The notes under the pieces are model-generated. The model searched no databases. It had not been told where the DNA came from and saw only the letters and a program-made list of their open reading frames with translations. A stretch of 64,000 nucleotides of DNA from Macrostomum lignano. Taxonomy: Eukaryota. Made by a program: the position numbers and the translations under genes. The DNA lies in assembly GCA_002269645.1 (NCBI GenBank), contig NIVC01002438.1, forward strand, positions 1 through 64,000. Reading direction: 5' to 3'. Numbering within the stretch: position 1 is the first letter of the stretch; each line of letters starts with the position of its first letter. Shown piece after piece: positions 1 through 22,319 of the stretch.

Positions 1-920
1 GTGGCTACAAAGACTTTTCCAAAGAAGAAAAAAACTCAATCCGTGGCCCATCACGTAGTCTGCAAGTCGCGCAGTCCGCTGTGTTTGAAGGCCTTGATTA
101 ACAGGCTCGGAGCAGAATGTCTGACTTGCACGAACGATTGTGGGGAGACACCTGTGCACCTGGCTGCAAAGTACCGCACCGACTCGTGGATGGTGCTACT
201 TCAAGACTCACTGAAAAATGATCTCCTCTTCAACAAGAAGACCCGATCTGGCAAAACGGTAACTCATTATGCTTCCATGAACAAGGTGAGCAATGCCGCA
301 TTGAAATGGATTGTGAAAAAATTTGGACGAGACTGGCTCACGATTCTGACGAGGATGGCAATACGCGCAGTCCACCTTGCTATTCAGTGTCAAGGTGTCG
401 ATTCAATGGAACTGATAAAAAAGACTTGGTACTGACTGCTTCAAACAAAGAGTTGTCACCATAAAAGAGCGCCTTTTCATCTTGCTGCGATGATTCCGAT
501 AGCACAGCACCACTTGAGTGGCTCATCAGAGAGTTAGGCTGCGACTGTCTCACAGTTCCGACGAAGACGGAAACACGGCCGTACATCTTGCCGCTCAATA
601 TCAGGGCGTCGATTCGTTGCAACTGATAAAGATAGTGCTCGGCGTGAATGCTTGTATCGAATGAAAGGCTTTCGAGACAGAACGGCCGTTCATTGCGCTG
701 CTACAAATCTCGTAAATGACATAAATCTTGAATGGCTTGTTCAAGAGTGCGGATCCCAGTGTCTTACAGTTCGCGACAAACACGGAGACACAGCCGTCCA
801 TCTGGCTGCCCAGCACCAGTCAGCCGAGTTGCTGCAGTATCTGGCCGACCAACTTGGACATCAGATGTTTGCTCTGAAGAACAGTAAAGGAGAGAACATT
901 TCTGACTACGTAAGAATGGA
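1..920 (+). CDS. Ankyrin repeat array (N-terminal part of the gene above)
   Basis: Repeated TxVHxAA...L.WL...G..CLT..D..G motifs across several frames. One-base shifts fall at about 346, 363, 424, 447, 492, 560 and 645. Confidence 0.85.
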
Positions 921-3812
921 CAAGCATAGTGATAGGAAATTCAGAAAGCTGTCTTGGTTGGCCGGTGAGAAGTCACCAAAACAGCCTAATCAGCCAGGGC
1001 CGCGTCCGAATGTTCGAAAGTTCGAAGATGGTCGAACGTCGGTGGCACAAATAAAATATTCCCAAAAATCTTGCAGTGTTCGCGCTGCTAACAGTATGAA
1101 CAAAAGTAACAATTGCAGTACCGCATCAACAGTTCAAAAGCCCAGAACAGTACCTCAGCCATTGAAAAAGCCGATCATTCGCTCTGGGCGAATTCGGCAA
1201 GGTGTACACGACTCTTGCTGACCAAATCCAGACTGCAGCCACCAAGATTCTCGCCAAAAAGTCGTTAGAACTGAAAATATTAGAAATAGAAATACGAGCA
1301 GTCAAAGATATTATTTATCCCACCAGCATCCGGCAGTTTCTCAAGTGTGAGTTCCTGAAGACTGGCGGTTTCTACAGCCTCGATGTGCTTGTCTCCGGAC
1401 ACAGCCTATTTGAGTTGATAGAGAGACAGCTAAACCTGATTCCACAGGTGGATGTAGCAGAGTTTGCGCGTCAGGTTAGTTTAATTACAAAAGCTCCGTG
1501 TCTTGGAGCTAATTTGACTCTATTCTGTTTGACTTTGACGATATTAACGTATTGCTCTTTTTAAGTGACAGATATTAAATTGCAATGATGTGAGCTAAAA
1601 ACTGGTTCAAATATTTAATAAATGAATCTGCTTTTAAAAGTTCTTAAACAGTGATTCTATTTGCGATTAGACAGGCACAATGAACCTAGCTCACACCAAA
1701 TTCTAGGTCTGCTCGGGCCTCAGATGTCTAGATCGCCAACGACATTTCACTGCGCACAGCAGTGCATTGTGCTCAACATCGTGATCACTACTGACGGTCT
1801 TATCAAGGTTATCGACTTTCCTCAGGCCGTGGCCAGCTGCGGACTCAGCACGAACCCGAGCGGGACCAACCACTCCACGGCACCCGAGCTACTCGGATGT
1901 GCGGTGTTTGAGTTAAAAGAAACGCAGCAACGCAAGCGGGATGCTGCGATGTTCCAGATCCCGATGCTCACCCTGACCGACTCTGCGATGCCGAAGCCTT
2001 CTATGCGACTGGTAACTGCTCTGTCGAAATTTTATCGACGCTGCAAGGAATTTGACGCAAAGAGGGTGAAAAATTCCTCGGAGATGCTGCAGCACAGCTC
2101 AGGAAGCACACCCTCAAGGTGAGTGAGGGTTCATTTTTTGTATAATGCAGATAGTCGAACTTTTGTGAAAGTCCGAGTGTGGTATTGAGCTTGAAATCGC
2201 TCTCAGAAATCAGGATTCAAGCTCGTTGAACATTTCACGTCCATGAGCATCACCAACAAAAAAGACACATAGCCTGTACCAAGGACCACTAGAAGTTATC
2301 TTCGTATCGTCGTTATATGAGCGTACCGCTGATGCAACGGTAACTTCTAGTGGTCTTTGGTCTGTACATTCCTGGTGATAAAGAGGTCTGTGTCGTCGTT
2401 GTAAAATCAAGTGTGAGTACTCGTATCTGAGTGCCATGGGTCAATGCAATATACTGTACCTACGAGTATGACTACCACCTAAGTACGAGTTTACTGCTAT
2501 TTTGTCTGCTAAAACGGACGTCAGTACGGGTAGAAAGAGGCATTCAAGTGCTTTTTAGATTCAGGAATCGGTCAGTTTTTTTCATGAGAAAAAATTCTAA
2601 CTAAAGCATGGGTAAAAGGCCATTCAGCGATAGCATACTGAGAGATTTCAGCCACTTGAGTCAGAATTAGTTTAACATAAGAATGCAACAGCGTATTTTG
2701 ATTTTCCCACGCGGAAAGTCAAAGCTAGGTAAAAATAAGGTAAAAAAGGAGCACAATGCTGAAAAAAACTTTCATCTATAATAATTTGTACCTATGCAGC
2801 ACGGAGGAGCCACTTTACCAGGAAAGCTGGACCTCGGTTAGACTCATCGGCAGGGGAGGTTTTGGCGAAATCCACGAAGTCATCACCGACAAGGGCATCC
2901 GATGCGCTACAAAGACTCTCAAGCTGCCCATCCAGCTTGGCGATGAGCTTGAAACTCTTGAAAGAGAGGTCAACGGAGCTGTCGAGAGTGAGAAGAACCT
3001 GCGCCGTCTGCAGCACGACAACATTGTCAAGTTCTTGGACGTTGCTCAGCCCGAGCCAGCGACACTCGTCGTGTTTATGGAGTTGCTGGACGGTCGCACC
3101 TTAGAGAATTACATTAACAACAAACCACTCGATGAAAAAACGGTTCGTCATTTCAGTAAACAGGTAAAAAGTTTTCCCATGTAACTGCTCTGGTCAGATC
3201 TGTTTTGTATTGTGCAATACGAGTGTACGCTTTGATTGCCTTTTCAAATCTCTTCCTTACGACATTTGACTCTACTAGACTAGATCCAATGCCAAATGCT
3301 GCTCAATAAAAACGATTATAGATCTGCAGTGCCCTGCTCTACATGCACAGCCAAGAGCCACCTGTGATTCACAGAGACATCAACTGCACCAACATCATAG
3401 TTCTTGTCGGCAACTCACGAATCAAGCTGATCGATTTCGGCCTGTCAATCAAGCTGGAGCAGTCAGTCAGTCACATCTCAGCCTCTTCTCAAACACCAAG
3501 GGCACTCTAAACTTTATGGCACCTGAGTTACTGGGATCGGGTGAATCAGACAAAACGTTATACAGCAAAAGTGCCGACATCTGGGCGTTCGGCTGCTCGG
3601 TCTTCCAGATGGCCACCGGAGCAAGACCTCACGCCGACACCAGAAGCTTGCTGAAAATGGCCATGAAGCTGTCGAACGACGGAGCCCCCGCTCTGTCAGC
3701 TGATTGCTCCCCAGATCTGCAGGATTTCTACAGCTGTTGCACCGCCAAAAACCGAACTCTGAGAAAGTCCGCGGCACACTTGATGAGGCACAGGTTCCTG
3801 ACTACAGACTGA
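1..3812 (+). CDS. Ankyrin-repeat / pseudokinase / protein kinase gene (5'-partial, multiple frameshifts; could be a pseudogene or contain assembly errors)
   Basis: Reconstructed exons are <1-1474, 1707-2118, 2800-3163 and 3322-3812, with GT-AG introns 1475-1706, 2119-2799 and 3164-3321. Ankyrin motifs (GETPVHLAA, GKTVTHYAS, DGNTAVHLAA, GDTAVHLAA) lie in 1-~920. A degenerate kinase follows at ~1180-2100 and a complete kinase at 2800-3812. Intron 2119-2799 is phase 2 on both sides (AG|C = Ser), joining the two kinase domains in frame. About 10 one-base indels are needed to keep one frame. Confidence 0.8.
1181..2118 (+). CDS. Pseudokinase domain (first kinase fold)
   Basis: ALGEFGKVY (Gly loop), TAATKIL (beta-3 Lys) and EFARQ|intron are followed by VCSGLRCL...AHSSALC-NIV (HRD replaced by HSS), IKVIDFP (DFG changed to DFP, 1814-1822) and GTNHSTAPELLG. 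Frameshifts near 1180 and 1770. Confidence 0.7.
2800..3812 (+). CDS. Ser/Thr kinase domain, STE11/MAP3K-like
   Basis: IGRGGFGEI, CATK, LQHDNIVKFL, VFMELL, HRDINCTN (3370-), IKLIDFG (DFG at 3433-3441), GTLNFMAPE (after a 1-nt shift near 3499), ADIWAFGCSVFQMATG and RHRFLTTD-stop. Confidence 0.9.
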
Positions 3813-3896
3813 GACTTACCTTGTTCTATTCTAGAAATGCACTTACAGCCTAACTGTTAGCTAGCTAATATACTCGTAGAGTCGTATTTCTATGTG

Positions 3897-4990
3897 ATAT
3901 CGCTTTGGACGATCTAAATGGGATCGGTCAGCATTTTGGACAATTAAAATTTTGGCATTTTGGACAATCAAAACGGGACGCCATAGACATTCAAGCCGGG
4001 CCAAAAATCACAGCCTAGTCATGGACTTTAAGCAGTTTAGCAAAGTCTACTAAGGGAGGTTTGGCCATAGACTATAACTTTGGACATTCAATATGGGAAA
4101 AAGCCATTCAAAACGGGAATGGGACTAAGTATTTAGATATTCTATGGGTTTGAGGTCGGTATGTGATTAAATCCCGAGAGCCATACTTGTATGTCTATGG
4201 TTGAAGTTGGGGATGGGAGTGTGGGGGCGAAGCTCCTGCTGGGGGTGTGGGGCGAAGCCTCCACATTCTTACCATAGACAAAATTTCATTAAGAAATTTC
4301 TTGAGTCACGTAGGAAGAGAAGAGAGAAGCTCGCTTATTTAGATACATACAATAATCCTTGAAATATGTCCGGGAAAGTGATCGATTAAATCCCGCAAAA
4401 TAAAATCTATGTCAATAACCTCCCTGAAAGTGAGCTTTAAAGTGGTTTAAGATTTTATAGATCTCTGTCCCTGCCTCCCCTGTTTGCTCGTTTTTGGCCT
4501 GGAAGCGATCCCATTCAATGGCGCCACCAATAGAGATTGAACAAGGGTCATCCATTGCAGGAGCTGTAAGAATCTTGCAAATTAAGAAAACAACCGCATT
4601 CCGAATCGCTGCCAACTTTTGACTCGATGGCAGAGTGGAATCCCTTCCTCGCGGTGGTCAGAAAGAAGAATTGTGCAAGGCCGATCGGGAGATAAGAGAA
4701 TTCTTGGTTGAGAAACTCGATGAAAATCCTTATTGACGCTCAAGGAAATGTCTGAAATGCTGACCGAGCGCTTTCCCGAGAATCCGCATGTTCACTTCGT
4801 TCACTTTTAAATATTCCAATGGCCCTATGATAAGAAATACATTAAAGTTGGCACATTCCCGTTTTGAATGGCTTTTCCAATTTGGATTGTCCATTCCACA
4901 TTCTATGTTTGTGTGTTACCAAGCAGCCCGGTCTGTGGCCTGGCTTGGATGTCTAATATGACGTCCTAATTAGATTGTCAAAAGCGATAT
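3897..4990. mobile_element. Non-autonomous foldback/MITE-like element with long imperfect terminal inverted repeats
   Basis: Three inverted segments match. The left ATATCGCTTTGGACGATCTAAATGGGA (3897-) matches the reverse complement of ~4964-4990. TAGACATTCAAGCCGGGCCA (~3984) matches the reverse complement of ~4937-4956. AAAAGCCATTCAAAACGGGAATG (4099-4121) is a perfect inverse of 4854-4876. No ORF and no clear target-site duplication. Confidence 0.55.
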
Positions 4991-5213
4991 TAAGACTTTA
5001 TATTGTTATTAAAGCAACATAATCCATCGCCAGCTAATTTACACCGATAGTTTTTTCTTAGAATTGATTTATGAAGGATAATATTGCATAAAAAACTTTA
5101 TTCATAAAGCCTCAATGCTTATTTGAACTGTTTCGAACTAGAAAGAGAAACTGCAAAAAATGTCAAATACAGCTGGAAGCCAACATCAAACTGAATGTCG
5201 ATGGTTAGAGAAG

Positions 5214-5436
5214 CGAACTCAGTCTGTGACACATCATGTACTCGTAGTCTCTGTTTTGCTTTGAAGATTGAAGATTTCGATTAACATCATCATGAGCTGA
5301 TTTGAGACACTTTGGACAGGGACTGCTTTCAAGAGACGTGACTCTCCTGCGGAACAGTGACTCATTATGTCATAAAGCTCACAGTTCCTGACAATTCTCA
5401 AACGTCACTGCTGTTCATATCGCCGCAGAATGTCAG
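5214..5436 (+). pseudogene. Decayed ankyrin-repeat fragment paralogous to 1-920
   Basis: Fragmentary translations RTQSVTHHV (cf. KTQSVAHHV at ~31), GTVTHY (cf. GKTVTHY) and LTVPD...TAVHIAA (cf. LTVPDEDGNTAVHLAA), with stops and deletions. Confidence 0.55.
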
Positions 5437-6466
5437 TTAAAAGGCAACAAAGGGAAGACTGTGTTGTACAGGACAAAAAAATTGCATGGCTAGCCAATCC
5501 AGGATGAACAACTTTGCTACAAGCTATTCAAGTCTTGTTTCTTTTAGTTTGAATTATGAATCGCTAAAATAAATCACTTATTGACTTTAGATAACAGGCA
5601 AAGAATTTCACTTCTAGTAACGGCATAAAAGCTGTCAAAATTGTCTGTCTGTCGAGGAACTTCGAGAGGGCCATTAAACGGTTTATCTAACGGTTTATGG
5701 CGATTCTAATTTTTTTCTTACCAAGTTGGACTTTTATTTATGATTTTTCATACATGCAATTGACGGTGGAATAGAATTATTAGGATAGTATGTGATTTAA
5801 ATTTAGAGAACCCAAGAAAGAATGCCTAATAATTATAGCTTATAATTTGATGTGATGTCTAAAAGACTTCTTTAAGTCTAAAAAAACATTTATTCAACGA
5901 TTCTAAACTTACCGTACGAGTGATTTAAAAAAAACTGTTGTACGTTTTTTACTCTTACATGAATGAGCGGAGTTAGAATTTTGAATGGAAAATTTTAATA
6001 CTTCATTCGCTACCGTTTTTTTACTTGCAAAGATTGTTAACGAATTTTCAAAAAACATCCTCATCGTCAAAAAAAGATAAAATGGCACAAATCTTCAGAT
6101 TCTGAAGCATAACTGCTAATCGAATTCGCAGTTATTTTGAGTCTTTGTTTTACTTTTATTCTTCATCGCAATCTCAATATTTGTTCTTTAAAGTCAGTGA
6201 GGCTATGTTCTGAGTAGGCGGCGAATGCAAACTTATAAAAAAGCTGGGCTGGAGACAACCAGAAACTTGATATGTCTTGGGAATTTACGGTTATGCACTG
6301 ATGCGTTGAATCTCTAGTCAAATGGCAGGCTTTAAATTCGCTAAATAAATGGGACCCTAACGTAGAGTCAAACATGCATGCGACAGCTTATAATTACAAC
6401 TTCGTAATAAAGCCGGAAAAAATGGTTCAAAATTTCAACTATGAATAGTCAAGCCCAGTCTGCCAG

Positions 6467-17004
<10,538 letters not shown>

Positions 17005-17304
17005 TTTTGTTTGACAAATTTAACCAACCCGAGGGAAAATCTGTAAGCGTCTCCTGTGAAGAGGTTTTTCTGTTTTATGCTTTCCTATACTGGACTGTTC
17101 GACCAATCAAATGCTGTTTGAATTTAGGCTAGCTAGCTGTTTTTTTTTCATTTCAACTACTGCTTTCCTAGTATGCTACTTTTAGCAGTGTAAAACTTTT
17201 GGTAGTGTAAAACAGTGTATGGAAAATTGAATGTTTTTACAATTTTTTAGTTGGGGAAAGGTGAAGAGGATTAAATGGAATGAAGTGGCGATCAAAGATG
17301 GCAT

Positions 17305-17630
17305 GGTGAGGAGTAGAGATGAGAAGGTGAAGAGTAGAGGTGAAAGGGTGAAGAGTAGGGCTGAGAGGGTGAAGAGTAGGGCTGAGAGGGTGAAGAGTAG
17401 GGCTGAGAGGGTGAAGAGTAGGGCTGAGAGGGTGAAGAGTAGGGCTGAGAGGGTGAAGAGTAGGGCTGAGAGGGTGAAGAGTAGAGGTGAGATGGTGAAG
17501 AGTAGAGGTGAGATGGTGAAGAGTGGATATGAGAGGGTGAAGAGTAGAGTTGAGAAGGTAAAGAGTAGAGTTGAGAGTGTGATGAGTAGATACGGGATGA
17601 TGAGAAGAGTAGGGCTGAGAGGGTGAAGAG
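17305..17630. repeat. 21-bp minisatellite (GAGAGGGTGAAGAGTAGGGCT)n
   Basis: Tandem units upstream of the nAChR start codon. Confidence 0.9.
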
Positions 17631-18024
17631 CAGATGAAGAGTGGATAGACAGATTTTTACTTATAAAATAAAAGGACTGAACATTAGCGGTTTGCTTGGG
17701 GAACAGCAAACTATATCGATCGCTAGAATCTTGGGGGAAGAAGGCTCTTTGTAGATTCGCATCAAATTGGACGAGTAAAGTTCGATTAATCAGGCTTAAC
17801 TAGCTTTGTTCTAAAAGACTTCGATGCCTCTTCTGTAATTAGCAGTGCTATTGAAACTGACGATAATGCGAGCTGCAGAATTGATTTGTACTGGTAAGTT
17901 TCTCCTGAGAAATAATCCGACATAAGGTCGTAATTGCAACAGCTGAAATACATCAATTTGCCAAGCTTGATTCAGCAGTTTCTGAGACACCAAGACTCTG
18001 TCTAATCTTTTGACAGTCTCTGTG

Positions 18025-18335
18025 CCACTTCATCATCTATATACCGCATCATCTTGGTTCTTCATCATCTATCTACGCTCGTAATTAAGCATCCTGGTTC
18101 TTCATCATCTATATACCTCAGCATCCTGGTTCTTCATCATCTATCGACCTCAGCATTCTGGTTCTTCATCATCTATATAACTCACCATCCTGGTTCTTTA
18201 TCATCTATCTACTACAGCATCCTTGTTCTTCATCATCTATATACCAGCTCAGCATCCTGGTTCTTCATCTATATACCAGCTCAGCATCCTGGTTCTTCAT
18301 CTATATACCCCAGCATCCTGGTTCTTGATCATCTA
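18025..18335. repeat. Degenerate ~30-33-bp repeat (CAGCATCCTGGTTCTTCATCATCTATATACC)
   Basis: About 9 diverged copies. Confidence 0.8.
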
Positions 18336-18409
18336 CATTGGAATCCTCGTCTGAAAACAGGCAGTATAGAGCACAGAAAGGCCAATAATGTTCCGTAATA
18401 TTTTCAACA

Positions 18410-18415
18410 TTTATT
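18410..18415 (-). promoter_or_regulatory. Candidate polyadenylation signal (AATAAA) of the membrane-protein gene
   Basis: TTTATT on the + strand, ~400 nt downstream of the stop at 18809. Confidence 0.4.
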
Positions 18416-18808
18416 GCACAGTCATTTACAAGGCTCACCACACTACACAGCTATATTGTACAAACACTCAATACAACAGTTATAAGACAGATGACTGCTA
18501 ATAGTATGATGCTGATGCTGTATGATGCTGTAACACAAACTCTGATGCACTTGGTGACGACCTGTAATGTCCTGTTTAACGCTTCAAGTCAGTCATTCAA
18601 GTTCGCAGGTAGAAAAACAAACATATTCGTAAATAATGCTTACAATGTACATGTAATATAGTTTGTAAGATCAGCGATTCTTGTTATTCAAAAATTCGTC
18701 ATTTCCTGTTGCTATAGTAACCGAATTTACATGTAGCCGCGATGCGTCACAGAAGTTTGGCGTGCTTAATTACGAGCGTAATTATTTTGTTAGAATGATC
18801 ACATTTAT

Positions 18809-20173
18809 TTAAGCCGGAACAACACGCGGCTGTCGATTTTGATGCGGCTGACTGGGAGGTTGCGGTGCCTTCGCTTTGCCAGCGGCTGCCGAGCGCTGAC
18901 GGTTCTGATGGTGCCGCGGAGGAGGCGGCGGTGGCGGTGGCGAAGACGAAGAAGTCAGCGAACGACGGCACTCTCGGGAGTCGGCCTCGGTGGTGGCCGC
19001 AGCAGCGGCGGCGCCGTCCGGGCTCCGGCGTTCCAAGCCCGATGCTGAAGAATTGTCCATGAGGCTGACTGACGTCGCTGCTGGAGGCGGAGGCGGAGGC
19101 GGCGGAGGTCGAGACTTCTGAGTAGCTTTTTGATGAGCCTGCTGATGTTGCTGTTGCTGTGGCTGCTGCTGCTGCTGCTGCTCTTCAGACTCCACCTGCA
19201 GTTGGAGTGTGGAATACCGAGGACTACTGACTGAGATCCTTGGCTCGTCCTCGTAGGGCTGCTGACCCACCTCCGCTGTCGCGTCGAGTTCCGCCGCGTC
19301 GTCACCTGGTCCGCTCAGTTTGTACACGTAGTCGTCATCGATGTCCAGCTCCCTCTTCTGCGAGCAGATCTTGGCCAGGGCGAACACCAGAAATGTTGGC
19401 ACGGAGAAGAATGCAATCCAGGGCAGGTTCTTGGACAGCCAGGTGCCTCCGGAGCCGGGGCCCATCAGGCTGGAGTTGCTGGAGCCCAGCCAGACTGTGT
19501 CCCGGCATTTGGTTGCATCCGAGAACCTGTCGAAGCAGTCATTCTGCAGGGTGCAGCTGCCAGGGTTGATGCACACGAGAGCTGCTGGGCACCAGACGTG
19601 CCCGTAGCGCGAGCAGAGCAACTTTCGCTTCTTCAACGGCAAACTGTCGTTGAACAGAGCGTACGGCGACACCGTGATATTCACGACGTTCTTTGCGTCC
19701 GCTTTGGGCGAGCTGTGCCAGTAGAACCGCAGGTAACGATACCTGAGATAGAAAATCGCCGGGAACTCGGACGAGTGGCTCAAATCGAAGCGTTGGTCAT
19801 TGTTGACTGCGGTGTACTCGGGTATCTCCTTGTCGAAGGTGACAATGGACAGAGTCTGGCCAGCGATGAGGCGGGTGATCCGGACTCGCAGGTACCAGAA
19901 ACGGATGCCATGCGGGTTTACGACCAGATTGCCGAATGGCAGGAGGTGGGTGCGGCAGATTTTGAGCTCGCGCGAGCTGGCTGGAACTGGCGCGGTGGTC
20001 AGCTTGAGGGAGCCGTCCACGGTTAGTCCCGAGTCTAGGCCCAGGTCGCAGTGGCTCTCCTCTTTGTAGCTGCCCAGGTGGTACAAGGTGCGCGAGTAGA
20101 ACAGGCTCTGCAGGAAGTTGCTTTGACACTGGGTGGCCAGGAGGGACAACAGAAGCAGCTGGGAGAGACGCAT
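18809..20173 (-). CDS. Single-exon type I membrane protein, 454 aa: signal peptide, CUB-like domain, LDLa-like Cys module, TM helix, Pro/Gln-rich cytoplasmic tail
   Basis: Uninterrupted ORF with GC-rich codons. [18 protein letters not shown] signal peptide; CUB-like C...C...LRFY...NITVSPY; LDLa-like [30 protein letters not shown]; hydrophobic [21 protein letters not shown]. Domain calls are by motif resemblance only. Confidence 0.75.
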   Translation of the reverse strand: MRLSQLLLLSLLATQCQSNFLQSLFYSRTLYHLGSYKEESHCDLGLDSGLTVDGSLKLTTAPVPASSRELKICRTHLLPFGNLVVNPHGIRFWYLRVRITRLIAGQTLSIVTFDKEIPEYTAVNNDQRFDLSHSSEFPAIFYLRYRYLRFYWHSSPKADAKNVVNITVSPYALFNDSLPLKKRKLLCSRYGHVWCPAALVCINPGSCTLQNDCFDRFSDATKCRDTVWLGSSNSSLMGPGSGGTWLSKNLPWIAFFSVPTFLVFALAKICSQKRELDIDDDYVYKLSGPGDDAAELDATAEVGQQPYEDEPRISVSSPRYSTLQLQVESEEQQQQQQPQQQQHQQAHQKATQKSRPPPPPPPPPAATSVSLMDNSSASGLERRSPDGAAAAAATTEADSRECRRSLTSSSSPPPPPPPPRHHQNRQRSAAAGKAKAPQPPSQPHQNRQPRVVPA

Positions 20174-20179
20174 TCTGCT

Positions 20180-20706
20180 GGTTGGTTGGTTGGTTGGTTG
20201 GTTGGTTGGTTGGTTGGTTGGTTGGTTGGTTGGTTGGTTGGTTGGTTGGTTGGTTGGTTGGTTGGTTGGTTGGTTGGTTGGTTGGTTGGTTGGTTGGTTG
20301 GTTGGTTGGTTGGTTGGTTGGTTGGTTGGTTGGTTAGTTGGTTGTTGGTTGGTTGGTTGGTTGGTTGGTTGGTTGGTTGGTTGGTTGGTTGATTGGTTGG
20401 TTGGTTGGTTTGTTGGTTGGTTGGTTGGTTGGTTGGTTGGTTGGTTGGTTGGTTGGTTGGTTGGTTGATTGGTTGGTTGGTTGTTGGTTGGTTGGTTGGT
20501 TGGTTGGTTGGTTGGTTGGTTGATTGGTTGGTTGGTTGGTTGGTTGGTTGGTTGGTTGGTTGGTTGATTGGTTGGTTGGTTGGTTGATTGGTTGGTTGGT
20601 TGGTTGGTTGGTTGGTTGGTTGATTGGTTGGTTGGTTGGTTTGTTGGTTGGTTGGTTGGTTGGTTGGTTGGTTTGTTGGTTGGTTGGGTGGTTGGTTGGT
20701 TGGTTG
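20180..20706. repeat. (GGTT)n microsatellite, i.e. (CCAA)n on the gene strand
   Basis: Direct inspection; ends a few nt from the ATG at 20173. Confidence 0.95.
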
Positions 20707-21154
20707 GTGCGTGCGTTAGTTGTTTGATTCAATAATTTCAAAATCGCAGTACATTAATCTAACTCGGTTTTCTGATTTATATGGAACTAACTTCCATTTC
20801 ACTCGGGTTTCCAAGCCCTTTGATAATCCAAAATGGTACGGCGGCTAGATTAATTTGCATCACTGACTGCAGATGAAGGCAACAGCCGCTCAGAAAAGCT
20901 AAAGCAGAGAATTTCTGAGTATGCAAGAAGTATTCTCTTTATCTACGAAGGTCGAGCTAAAAAACAAAGGCAAAATTAATGGGGGCCACGTGCTTCCTTC
21001 GCGCGTAGCATGAATACATGTTGCTGCGCATTTTTTTTACTTTGCTACGAGCGGAGCATAATTTATAGGCAATGAAAGCAGACACAAAAAGCAAGGAGCC
21101 CAGAACCCTCCTCATGGATTTGCAGCGAAGGGTGAAAGACTACCGTACGAGCAG

Positions 21155-21806
<652 letters not shown>

Positions 21807-22319
21807 CTGTCTTTCTGCCCAGATGCCTCTCAGTCCCTATTCCGGCCTACAATGGAACAGCTGTTATTAAATTACCAGCTCTGCTTACATCATCAGTGAG
21901 GACAGCTAACTGTATAGAAACGAATTTATATTGCTGATCCAATCTTCCTTACTTTATTTTATGATGACCAAAGTACTGTTTGTGAGGCCAGAATTGCAGA
22001 AAATAAAAGTTAAGGCGACACAGCACTTGATACAAAGTGGCTCAAGACGGCACGACATGTCAGTTCAGATGTTAATCAACTCGGAATATCTCTCACGAAT
22101 TTTTGGCCCCATCCAGTTACTAAAGGGGATCGTAGCGCTGTCACATCCTTGATCCTTTGCATCCTGCTCATGACAGCCCGCCTCCCATCAGCCATGGCAT
22201 TCCCATCCGATGCTTATCTTGTGCTGCTTGTTGGCGCGAGAAGGAAATTGACGAATTGCGAACTCGTCAGATTGAAACGGAATTAAAAGAAGTTCTGTGC
22301 GCTGCTGTTGCCCAATGTT

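Noticed and set aside
340-650. Programmed ribosomal frameshifting as the explanation for the ankyrin frame breaks
   Set aside because: Too many shifts, no consistent slippery heptamer or downstream structure; sequencing error or decay is simpler.
1-3812. RNase L or IRE1 identity for the ANK-pseudokinase gene
   Set aside because: No KEN ribonuclease domain; the pseudokinase is followed by a second kinase and a stop.
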